DNA of 64,000 nt from NCBI GenBank assembly GCA_965243105.1, contig CBDEUC010000003.1, positions 769,217 to 833,216 on the forward strand, read 5' to 3'. Position numbers and translations under genes: made by a program. The notes beneath the pieces were generated by a model, which saw only the letters and a program-made list of their open reading frames with translations, was not told the DNA's origin and made no database searches. This document shows, piece after piece, positions 28,830-37,230 of the stretch; position 1 is the first letter of the stretch; each line of letters begins with the position of its first letter. Origin of the DNA: Gammaproteobacteria bacterium. Lineage in GTDB: Bacteria > Pseudomonadota > Gammaproteobacteria > Eutrophobiales > Eutrophobiaceae.

Positions 28830-30089
28830 CTACCCGGTACTGTCGAGATACCTGTTATAGGGTGCGAAAAAATTCAGCGATACAATACATAGCAGCAACA
28901 GGCCCGCGGAAAGAACGAGAATGTTGTCGTAATTCCCGTAAGTATCAAACGCAGCGCCAAAGACAAAGGGTCCTACACCTGTCCCCATCATGTAGGCGCT
29001 GAATACACAGCCAAAAATAGTGCCAAAGTGAGCCATGCCAAAGTAACGGCTTACCAGGTAGGCAACAAGATCTCCCTCGGCACCAATGCCAAAACCCACC
29101 AGCATGGCCCCGGCAAAGTACAGTGCTACGTGGTTTCCCAGTAACAGGAAGAGCACACCGAGCAATGACAGTCCAAACAGGAACATGGCGAGGCGTGGTG
29201 CAAAGAAATGATCCAGCAGAAATCCCACCAGCAGTCGCGCGACGGCCATGCTGATCCCCACCGTGGATGCAATAAAGGCAGCAAGGGTCGCATCAATACC
29301 CCTGTCCCCCATCATGGGCACAAGCTGCGAGAACGTGCCATAAAGTGCAAATGCCAGCGTGGGTGCAAGGATCACAAGAAGAACAAACGCCGGTGTTTTT
29401 ACGGCCTGCCTGAAATTCAGGTTGGATTGCAGCCCGTCCTTCTCGGCTTCATCATCCTGCGTCGCTGCCTTGCCATCAACTTCGAGGCCAATATCTGCAG
29501 GCTCATCGACGACCAACAGGAATATGCAAGGCAATACCACCAGCAGCATGATCCCTGCCAATAGATAGTAACCCGCATGCCAGCCACCGTGATCCAGCAC
29601 CTGGTTTGTCAGCAGGGGCACTAGCGCAAAGCCGGTTCCCATCCCGGAAGCATTGATACCTATGAACAGTCCGCGACGTCGGTCAAACCAGCTTGCGACA
29701 ACCCTGGCATAGGCTACGGTATTGGTGGGGCCGCCAATAAGGGAACCCAGGAATATCATCAGGTAGAAAGTTGGCAGGCTGTTTACATAAAACGGTGCAG
29801 GAGCAACAACTAGAATGGACAGCGCAACGGAGACAAGCAGCACCTTACGTGAACCATAGCGATCAAGTAGTGGACCACTGGCAAGTATGCCGAGAATAAT
29901 ACCCACCGTGAGTACGCTTATGGCAAAAAATATTTCTCCACGACTCCAGCCAAATTCTGCGGCGAGAGGACTGGCCAGTACACCGAGACTGGAAAATAAC
30001 ATTCCCCCGGTACTTCCAACCATGCCGATAAAACAGCCCAGCACAACGGTAGAGCCAAAAAAGAGGGGGAATTTTTTGATGTTCTTCAT
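28830..30089 (-). CDS. Major facilitator superfamily transporter
   Basis: MFS motif A 'GPLLDRYGSR', 'WFDRRRGL', 'SRYFG..HFG'. True start ATG 30089 (MKNIKK), 7 nt after the TauD stop. Confidence 0.88.
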   Translation of the reverse strand: MKNIKKFPLFFGSTVVLGCFIGMVGSTGGMLFSSLGVLASPLAAEFGWSRGEIFFAISVLTVGIILGILASGPLLDRYGSRKVLLVSVALSILVVAPAPFYVNSLPTFYLMIFLGSLIGGPTNTVAYARVVASWFDRRRGLFIGINASGMGTGFALVPLLTNQVLDHGGWHAGYYLLAGIMLLVVLPCIFLLVVDEPADIGLEVDGKAATQDDEAEKDGLQSNLNFRQAVKTPAFVLLVILAPTLAFALYGTFSQLVPMMGDRGIDATLAAFIASTVGISMAVARLLVGFLLDHFFAPRLAMFLFGLSLLGVLFLLLGNHVALYFAGAMLVGFGIGAEGDLVAYLVSRYFGMAHFGTIFGCVFSAYMMGTGVGPFVFGAAFDTYGNYDNILVLSAGLLLLCIVSLNFFAPYNRYLDSTG

Positions 30090-30096
30090 GATGACA

Positions 30097-30906
30097 TCAA
30101 GCGGATGGCCAGCCACGCACCGAGACCCTGTGCATGATTCTCCTGTCGGCGTCAGTTTTTGAGCGCTGTAATACTTCCGCCGCATGGAGTAGTTGCGAGT
30201 TGTCCCAGATAACAAGATCGTGAAGATGATACTGGTGTCGATAAACGAAATCGTCGCCTGTCGCATACTCGCTGACATCGTGGTAAAGACGCCTGAACTC
30301 TTCTTCACTTTGACCTAGAATGCCGATACCCGTGCCGCAGGCACCGTAAAGCGCCGGCCTGCCCGTGACGGGATGCCGTCTTACCAGCGGATACTCCAGT
30401 ACCGGCATTGAGCCATCGGTGCGTCCCTCGTAACAGTGCTGAATCACGAGTTCGCGATATAACTCCTGGGTTTCAGCACTCAATCCATCATAGGCCTGTG
30501 CCTGGTTGGCAAACAGGGTTCGTCCACCGGATGCAGGCACGGCAACAGCATTGAGCATGGTAAAACTGGCCGGCTCGTCCGTATGAATAAGATCCGTATG
30601 CCAGTGGGCACCACCATTTAGCTGGCGGTCATCCCTGTTGTCGGCATTGGACAACGACATGACTTCTGATATGCCATCAAGGTGGAGTGACTCTTCGACG
30701 TGGGGTACAGGGGTACCAAGACGTTGTGCAAAATCGGCCAACTGCGTCGGCGACATTACCTGCTCGCTGATGCAGATAATCGCATGCTGATAAAGTAAGT
30801 GAGTAAGTTGCTGAACTGTATCCTCGTCCACCCCGCCCGCCAGGTCGATGCCACTGATTCGAACACCGGTGTGTTCACTGAGTGCCTCTGTTACGAGCCG
30901 GGACAT
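30097..30906 (-). CDS. TauD/TfdA-family Fe(II)/2-oxoglutarate dioxygenase
   Basis: 'TGVRISGIDL', HxD 'WHTD', 'GRTLFAN', 'PLVRRHPVTGRPALY', 'IWDNSQLLHAA', 'RIMHR'; start ATG 30906. Confidence 0.9.
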   Translation of the reverse strand: MSRLVTEALSEHTGVRISGIDLAGGVDEDTVQQLTHLLYQHAIICISEQVMSPTQLADFAQRLGTPVPHVEESLHLDGISEVMSLSNADNRDDRQLNGGAHWHTDLIHTDEPASFTMLNAVAVPASGGRTLFANQAQAYDGLSAETQELYRELVIQHCYEGRTDGSMPVLEYPLVRRHPVTGRPALYGACGTGIGILGQSEEEFRRLYHDVSEYATGDDFVYRHQYHLHDLVIWDNSQLLHAAEVLQRSKTDADRRIMHRVSVRGWPSA

Positions 30907-30916
30907 GATTGCCTTG

Positions 30917-31549
30917 TTAGCCAGGCATGGGAATGTCTGCCGGATTGGGTACAACAAAACCTTTTTGTACGGCCGGACGTTCGGCGATCTCCCTATACCA
31001 GCGCAGTGCGTTTGGATAGTTATTGAAATCAACTCCCTGCCACTCATAGCGTGATATCCAGGGCCAGGTCGCGATATCGGCAATACTGTATTCATCGCCA
31101 GCGAGGTAGGGTGAATCTGCAAGTCGCTTATCAAGCACGGAATACAGGCGTGCCGCTTCCTTGCTATAACGCTCCTTTGCGTATTCAGATTTATCAGGAT
31201 TAAAGTGAACAAAGTGATGTGCCTGGCCCAGCATAGGACCTGCTCCGCCCATTTGCCACATGAGCCATTCAAGCGTGCTGGCACGCCCGGCGATATCCTT
31301 CGCAATTAGGCAGTCATGCTTTTCGGCCAGGTAAAGAAGTATCGCCCCTGATTCCATCATGCTGATCCCCGCCTCGCGATCGACTATGGCTGGGATCTTG
31401 TTGTTAGGACTAATTTCCAGGAAATCTTCGGCAAACTGCTCATCTTTCAAAATATTAATGGGATGAACATCGTACTCGGCACCGATTTCCTCGAGCATGA
31501 TGGAGACCTTGCGACCGTTTGGCGTAGACCATGTGTATAGATCGTACAT
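30917..31549 (-). CDS. yfcG: Glutathione S-transferase, Nu class (YfcG-like disulfide reductase/glutathione lyase)
   Basis: 'LYTWSTPNGRKVSIMLEE', 'ISPNNKIPAIVD', 'ESGAILLYLA', 'WQMGGAGPMLGQAHHF', 'YSIADIATWPW'. Confidence 0.88.
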   Translation of the reverse strand: MYDLYTWSTPNGRKVSIMLEEIGAEYDVHPINILKDEQFAEDFLEISPNNKIPAIVDREAGISMMESGAILLYLAEKHDCLIAKDIAGRASTLEWLMWQMGGAGPMLGQAHHFVHFNPDKSEYAKERYSKEAARLYSVLDKRLADSPYLAGDEYSIADIATWPWISRYEWQGVDFNNYPNALRWYREIAERPAVQKGFVVPNPADIPMPG

Positions 31550-31668
31550 TGTTATTCCTTTGCTTACTTATAAAAAACTTTTGCCATTCTGGTGAAAAGC
31601 AGAATCCGATTAATTGAATTGTTCACTGGATGCTGGTTTACACCAGCATGACATTCTTCTGTTTCCCT

Positions 31669-32949
31669 CTACCGCCCCTTCTTACGTAGAGTCTGAACGG
31701 TGAAATCCGTCTCCTTCAATTTCCGCTCCGGCAATCTTGCCTTGAATTGCAATGTCGTACAATGCATAGCCTGGATATCAATCATCGATACCACATCGAT
31801 AATGGGCGTCCCGGAACCATGGTTGGCCGGGTGATGGCTGTCAGGATGGGCATAACCCGCCAGTGCAACTTTCCACAAGTTCCCGGCACGGTCAAAGATG
31901 TTACCGTAGGCGGGTTGCATGGTTTGAGCATCAACATAGAACAGCCTTTTTGATAGTGGATGACGCTCATCGTAGGGCGCAGCCTCGAGTACATAAGCCT
32001 TTCTCAGTTGCCAGGTGATATCTGGAAAACAATCGGATTTTCCGGTAAAGCCGATAAACCGGAAGCCATCCTGCTGGTTGTTTACATCAACCAGTGGCAT
32101 CTTGCTGTGATCAAAAAAAGGTAGAAGTACATGGCGTGTTTCAAGGTAGGTCCACTTTTGATCCATGATACGACCGTTATAACCAAGAAAGTCTTCAATC
32201 ATGATGTCGCTTCCCAGGAAGGCATCGGTGGTTTGCCCCGAAGCAAGGCGTCGCACCCTTCGTTGAGTTGCCAGATAAAGCCATGCCTGCTCCTGCTTGG
32301 TGTCATCTTCCATGCGCTGGATTAAAAGCTGCGTACCCCGCAGGTCCGGTGGTGCCAGTACCTTGAGATACAATGTGTTATATATCTCCGATGGGTTTCT
32401 CTTCAATGCCGGCAGGGGTTCTTCCACGTGGCGGTGCATAAAGCGAAGAGAGCTCGCATAGAATGACAGGGTGCGCTCGAGTTTTTCCTTGCGCATATCA
32501 CGATAATTCCAGAAAAAGTCTGTTACCTCGCCACTATCGTAGGCATAGGTATAACGCAGGTTCCAGGCCAGCTTGTCCCCTGCCCTTGGATCGTTAATAT
32601 CCGGCTCCTCGGGGAATGGTCTGCCCGCAACATAATCATTGATAATGCCGGGCTTGTCACCAAGGGTGGTTTTTCCCAGGTGCTCCCTCGTGGCATCGAT
32701 ATATTCCTGGGCGGGTTTAAATGAAAGCTTCTCACCAATTTTAACGGTGTAGAAACCATCGGCGATCAGTTCACCCAGCTTTGGCGCCAGGTATTGCTGG
32801 TAGTCGGCAACATTTGTCGCGTCGATAACCAGGCCAGCCTGCTCACCAGCAGTCGAACTCTCGTCAATGGAGAAGGCATCATCAACGACGTCGGCTGTTG
32901 CAGCGAGGCTGGCGAAAACAAGAAAAAAAAGAACCGCGGTGGTATGCAT
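31669..32949 (-). CDS. DUF1329-family periplasmic protein (second paralogue)
   Basis: Signal peptide; 'AGRPFP..P...DP.AGDKLAWN', 'AWLY....RRVRRLASGQTTDAFLGSDIMIEDF.GYNG', 'HPLSKR..YVD', 'FT...LRK.GR'. Confidence 0.85.
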   Translation of the reverse strand: MHTTAVLFFLVFASLAATADVVDDAFSIDESSTAGEQAGLVIDATNVADYQQYLAPKLGELIADGFYTVKIGEKLSFKPAQEYIDATREHLGKTTLGDKPGIINDYVAGRPFPEEPDINDPRAGDKLAWNLRYTYAYDSGEVTDFFWNYRDMRKEKLERTLSFYASSLRFMHRHVEEPLPALKRNPSEIYNTLYLKVLAPPDLRGTQLLIQRMEDDTKQEQAWLYLATQRRVRRLASGQTTDAFLGSDIMIEDFLGYNGRIMDQKWTYLETRHVLLPFFDHSKMPLVDVNNQQDGFRFIGFTGKSDCFPDITWQLRKAYVLEAAPYDERHPLSKRLFYVDAQTMQPAYGNIFDRAGNLWKVALAGYAHPDSHHPANHGSGTPIIDVVSMIDIQAMHCTTLQFKARLPERKLKETDFTVQTLRKKGR

Positions 32950-32966
32950 GACGACTTCGGCGTTGA

Positions 32967-35198
32967 TTACATTGATGCGCGGTATTTTTCCGGCTTCATG
33001 GCTTCCTTGTATCGCACCCGGCCTTCTTTTCGGTCCGGTGTGACCGGCGATTCAGAAACGGGTGGCGATGCAATATCTGCGGGATAGCAAGCCATGGATT
33101 GTTTTTCGGCAGTGATATTTCGATGAAACGTCAGCTGCCGTTCGTTCGACTTGCTGGCCATAACGACTTCACCCTGTTCGTTGGTATCCATATCCCACCA
33201 CCACTTCTTTACCGGGTTAATCGTGCCATTACCTACCTTGTCATCCAGTTTTGCAATCCACTCCCGGGTAAACGGTAAATGCATTGCCGCCTTGAGAAAA
33301 GGCCACTCCTTCAATACCCCCTCGATATTCCATGGACAGGTCTTCATACACCGACCGCACATGGAGCCCGCGCTATTTGTGATGCGATACTTTGCGCATT
33401 TTTCCACGTCCGGCTTCCAGATCTCGTAACCGTTAAACATGATCTTGTCACCAAAGGGGATCGCCGTGCAGGGGCATTCACGCGCACACTTGGTACATTT
33501 CTCACAGAAATCCTGCAGGCCGAAATCAATGGGTTTGTCTGGAACAAGTGGCATATCCGTGGTGATGACACCGGATTTGAACCTTGGCCCCACAAAGGGA
33601 TTCAACACCAGCTCACCAATACGACTGAGTTCACCCAGGCCTGACTCAAGTATTGCAGGAATATGCAGCACATCCTGGTCCATTACACTGTGGCCACGAG
33701 CTGAATATCCAAGGTTCCTGACATGAGCTCCGACGATGCCGCCGATTAACTGTGCTCGCATGTAGGCACGCATACTTTGAGCTCCGCTGATCCAGTCATC
33801 TCCACTGGCACCCTCCATGGTCTCATGTCCCTGGTCAATCAGCACCGCGATACCATACTTGTGATAGGGTTTAATCTCTGAACCATCAGTGTCATGGGAG
33901 TACCACGCGTATTCCGGTAATTCACAGATACCCACCATGTCCGCACCAAGATAATAGAGTGCGGCCTTTATCGCATCACTATTGGCCTGGGCATCTTCAG
34001 TCCCGGGCGTAATTTCATCCGCCTCCTTACCATACTGTAACGGCACCATACCACCCAGTGGTGGTACCAGCGCATGTCCAAAAGGGGACTTGGTAATCAT
34101 GCGAAAATTATTTAACTCACCCTGGGGCTTGGGCCCAAGATCACCAAGCGCTGCTCGAATAAACATGTCATGACGCTTGGGTATCCGGGGGACATTAGGG
34201 CGGTCTATTAATGTAGTCGGTTCATTTACACGCTTGACGGTCTCCATGGGATAAGGCCCAAGATGAAAAGGCCTGTTATTAAAAAGACGTCCTTTAAATC
34301 CCGGTCGCGATCCGCCCACACCCAGCCACCATGCCGGGCCATGGGACTTAAATTTATTCAAACCCTCACGTTTTGCCAGTGGTTTATCTACCTGTAACTC
34401 CATGCTGGTTGATATGACTGCCACGCTATAGGCATCGCCCAGGTAGGGATTACTAATTCTCGTTGAACCATTGCTTCCTGCAATTTCACCAAGACCTGAC
34501 GCAAGTACCAGGTGATCAAGACTGAGGTCAGACGCGGTATGAGTATGTAGACTCGCCTCAAAACCAAGAAAGCGAATGTAATTGCTCAGTACCGCCGCCA
34601 CTTCCGCGGCTCTGACAGCTGCGCGTTGTTCCTGAGTACCCTGCAACCACTTTGCCCCCGGCTCATCCTGTTTTATATCCCGGGTATGTTCAACAAGTAC
34701 AACAATCGCAAAAGACTGCTCTTCCGGTTTAAAACTATCCTCCGCCGTTCTTGCCCAGGTTTCCCGACCTTCTTTCACGCTACTTTGTGCCATCGCATTA
34801 TCAGCAGACCCTGCGGCATATTCTCTTTCTTCAGCCTGTAGCAATGATTCATTAACGAGTGGGTTTTTAAGAACTGCAACAGGTTCAATACGGCAAACTC
34901 CAACCATACTGGCATCAAGGTAATAGGCCGCCGCTTTGAGGTGATTAGATCGTTCCTCTGTAGAATCAGGTACCGGTGCTTTCCTGGGTGCAGCCTCTCC
35001 CAAACGCACCCGATCAAAAAAATTGATGTAGTCACGAAAGGCATTCGCCATGGACAGGGGCTGACCCGGAATCTCAACTTGCATGGCTTGCATACTTTCG
35101 ACGGCATCGAGAGCTGGTATCTCATCGCACCTGGCAAGTCGTTCCAGTGGATAAGGTCCAAGATGAACTGGTCGATTCTTGTTAGAAAAAATTCTCAT
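32967..35198 (-). CDS. rdhA: Catabolic cobalamin-dependent reductive dehalogenase (NpRdhA/BhbA-type), no Tat signal, no fused reductase
   Basis: Duplicated architecture: 'RPVHLGPYPLERLAR...LKAAAYYLDASMVGVC' (vestigial domain) and 'RPFHLGPYPMETVKRV...IKAALYYLGADMVGIC' (B12 domain). 'DQGHETMEGASGDDWISGAQSMRAYMR', 'GLGELSRIG..VLNPFVGPRFKS...TTDMPL.PDKPIDFG'; two Fe-S motifs 'FCEKCTKCARECP' and 'C..YR......CGRCMKTCPWN'. ATG 35198 has a GAGGTG RBS. Confidence 0.93.
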   Translation of the reverse strand: MRIFSNKNRPVHLGPYPLERLARCDEIPALDAVESMQAMQVEIPGQPLSMANAFRDYINFFDRVRLGEAAPRKAPVPDSTEERSNHLKAAAYYLDASMVGVCRIEPVAVLKNPLVNESLLQAEEREYAAGSADNAMAQSSVKEGRETWARTAEDSFKPEEQSFAIVVLVEHTRDIKQDEPGAKWLQGTQEQRAAVRAAEVAAVLSNYIRFLGFEASLHTHTASDLSLDHLVLASGLGEIAGSNGSTRISNPYLGDAYSVAVISTSMELQVDKPLAKREGLNKFKSHGPAWWLGVGGSRPGFKGRLFNNRPFHLGPYPMETVKRVNEPTTLIDRPNVPRIPKRHDMFIRAALGDLGPKPQGELNNFRMITKSPFGHALVPPLGGMVPLQYGKEADEITPGTEDAQANSDAIKAALYYLGADMVGICELPEYAWYSHDTDGSEIKPYHKYGIAVLIDQGHETMEGASGDDWISGAQSMRAYMRAQLIGGIVGAHVRNLGYSARGHSVMDQDVLHIPAILESGLGELSRIGELVLNPFVGPRFKSGVITTDMPLVPDKPIDFGLQDFCEKCTKCARECPCTAIPFGDKIMFNGYEIWKPDVEKCAKYRITNSAGSMCGRCMKTCPWNIEGVLKEWPFLKAAMHLPFTREWIAKLDDKVGNGTINPVKKWWWDMDTNEQGEVVMASKSNERQLTFHRNITAEKQSMACYPADIASPPVSESPVTPDRKEGRVRYKEAMKPEKYRASM

Positions 35199-35221
35199 GT
35201 TATTCACCTCAAGTTACATGC

Positions 35222-35815
35222 TTACGCCTTTACCATGCGTAACTCGACAAGGTAGTCCTCGACAAAATCAATGCGATCATTTCCCCAGAAGATTTGATCG
35301 TTGACGATAAAAGAAGGCACACCAATCACTCCCAGCTCCTGCGCCTCGCTCCAGTTGTCTTCCAGTTGCTTCGCATTGGCCGGGTCATCGATAAAAGATT
35401 CAAAGTCATTTGCATCAAGCCCAATCGCTTCAGCCACTGGGATAAGAATATCTTTCTGGCCAATGTCATTGCTACCGGCCCATTCACAACGCATCACTTC
35501 AACAATGTACTCAAGCAGGCAGCCTTCTCTCTCTGCCATTAATGAGCCGATGCCGGCCATGGTTGGATCGGTGGTAGGAGGCGGCGGGTTGCAGGGAATG
35601 CCCATGCGCTTTGCCCAGCGTGCCACGTCCTGTCGAGCCAGCGGCATTTTTACCTTGGCTCGATCCGGTGGTGAACGCCCATCCCAACCACCCAGTGGAC
35701 GCCAGACCAGGTTGACGTTGTAGTCTTCCAGCAGTGTAAACATGGTCTTGCTGGCGAGATAGCAATAGGGGCTTCTGAAATTGAAGAATATTTTTAGATC
35801 GACGGAATCAGTCAT
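35222..35815 (-). CDS. 2-hydroxychromene-2-carboxylate isomerase-like protein (NahD/kappa-class GST, DsbA fold)
   Basis: 'FFNFRSPYCYL', 'QDVARWAKRMG', 'GVIGVPSFIVNDQIFWGNDRI'; 197 aa. Confidence 0.85.
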   Translation of the reverse strand: MTDSVDLKIFFNFRSPYCYLASKTMFTLLEDYNVNLVWRPLGGWDGRSPPDRAKVKMPLARQDVARWAKRMGIPCNPPPPTTDPTMAGIGSLMAEREGCLLEYIVEVMRCEWAGSNDIGQKDILIPVAEAIGLDANDFESFIDDPANAKQLEDNWSEAQELGVIGVPSFIVNDQIFWGNDRIDFVEDYLVELRMVKA

Positions 35816-35843
35816 TCAATTCACCTGTATACGATAATTTCAG

Positions 35844-35870
35844 AAAAAAAAGGGGGCTTAAGCCCCCTTT
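35844..35870 (-). terminator. Rho-independent terminator between DUF1329 and the nahD-like gene
   Basis: Minus strand AAAGGGGGCT-ta-AGCCCCCTTTTTTTT, shortly after the DUF1329 stop. Confidence 0.8.
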
Positions 35871-35887
35871 CGTCAATGCCGTAAAAA

Positions 35888-37207
35888 CTAGCGACCGCTC
35901 TTACGCAGGTTCTGCACGGTAAACTTCGATACCGGGTTCAGGGATGGATCGACCTGTCCCTTGAACTGCCCGGTAGTACAGTGCTGTGCCTGTACATCCT
36001 GCATCATGAAGCAATCGTCGATGGATACACCGGTACCCTTGTTCTTTGCCATGTGCTTGTCAGGATAGGCCTGGCAAATGGTAAAGGACTTCCACAGGTC
36101 TCCCTTGCGGTCGAACTCTGCCTGTCTCGGAATCGTGGCAGTTTGTGCATCAAGATACATGACTCGCTTGCTGAGCGGGTGGTTCTTGTCTTTTGGTGTA
36201 CCGTGTAATTCATACACCTTGCGCAGCTCCCAGGTCGTCTCGGGGTAGCAACCGCCTTTTCCACCAAAGTCCACGTACTGGTAACCGTCCGCTTCAGGCG
36301 GCATATCAGTGGCCAGTGCAAGATCATTATGATTGTGGAAAGGCAGAAGGCCATTCTTGGTACCTACAAAAGTCCAGTCATAGTCAGACACGCGGTTATT
36401 ATAGCCCTCGAAGTCCTCGATCATGATGTCGGTGCCAAGGAATGCGTCCGTGGTCTGGCCTGTTGCCAGTCGTCGAACGCGACGCTGAAAGCCCAGGTAG
36501 AGCCAGGCATCGTCACGCTTGAGGTCATTCTTATACCGGTGAATCAGTACCTGCGTGTTGGCAATGTCAAAGGGCTCGGCAGCATGCAGGTAAATGGAGC
36601 GGAACAGGCCGCCAGGGTTGTCCTCGAATTCAGGGACCGGGGCCTGGTTGACACGGTGCTTCCAGTTAAGAAAGTGAAATGCCCATTTAATGGTCCTTTC
36701 CACTTTTCCGCTCTTCATACTGCGGAACTTCCAGTAGAAAGGTTTAATTGCAGCATTATCACCCCAGTTATAACCGTACTGGTAGTTCCACGCCAGCTTG
36801 AGACCGGCCTGCGGATCGTTAGTGTCAGGCTCTGCAGGAAAGGCGCGACCGGCAACAAAATTGTCCACCAGTCCATCACCACTCAGGCTGGGTGGATTAT
36901 TCACCGCGTTCATGGTTGCCTTGATGTAGTTGGGATGCAGCTCAAGTGACTCGGTTGCCTTTGTCTGCAGTTCCACGTCACCCCTTTTCACGTGGTCATA
37001 CAGCGCGGGGTCGAGAATATCCTTGAACTGGTCCACGTTACCCTGGTTGATTTTCATTCCAGGTGTGTAACCGGGAAACTCCGGTGTGAAGTTCTCGTAG
37101 GGATAAAAGGAGTTCTTCACATCCTCTTCGGTGAACTGCGCCTGGGTTGCTGTCGCGGTGACAGCCAGTATGCCTGCCAGGACTGCAATTTTTGTTAACT
37201 TAAACAT
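35888..37207 (-). CDS. DUF1329-family periplasmic protein
   Basis: Signal peptide; 'AGRAFP.EP...DPQAGLKLAWN', 'AWLYLGFQRRVRRLATGQTTDAFLGTDIMIEDFEGYN', 'HPLSKRVMYLD', 'FTVQNLRKSGR'. Confidence 0.88.
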   Translation of the reverse strand: MFKLTKIAVLAGILAVTATATQAQFTEEDVKNSFYPYENFTPEFPGYTPGMKINQGNVDQFKDILDPALYDHVKRGDVELQTKATESLELHPNYIKATMNAVNNPPSLSGDGLVDNFVAGRAFPAEPDTNDPQAGLKLAWNYQYGYNWGDNAAIKPFYWKFRSMKSGKVERTIKWAFHFLNWKHRVNQAPVPEFEDNPGGLFRSIYLHAAEPFDIANTQVLIHRYKNDLKRDDAWLYLGFQRRVRRLATGQTTDAFLGTDIMIEDFEGYNNRVSDYDWTFVGTKNGLLPFHNHNDLALATDMPPEADGYQYVDFGGKGGCYPETTWELRKVYELHGTPKDKNHPLSKRVMYLDAQTATIPRQAEFDRKGDLWKSFTICQAYPDKHMAKNKGTGVSIDDCFMMQDVQAQHCTTGQFKGQVDPSLNPVSKFTVQNLRKSGR

Positions 37208-37230
37208 ACTTCGCCCTCCAAAAATTATTC

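Noticed and set aside
30090-31305. Long N-terminal extensions of the TauD (402 aa) and MFS (492 aa) ORFs
   Set aside because: They are off-frame read-throughs of the upstream yfcG and tauD genes; family similarity begins at 30906 and 30089.
32967-35198. Organohalide-respiring (PceA/CprA-type) dehalogenase or epoxyqueuosine reductase QueG
   Set aside because: No Tat leader or rdhB anchor; about 743 aa with a duplicated N-terminal domain and the 'MEGASGDDWIS' motif of the catabolic NpRdhA/BhbA group; QueG is about half this length.
35222-35815. Naphthalene upper pathway
   Set aside because: No nahA, B, C, E or F homologues in the window.
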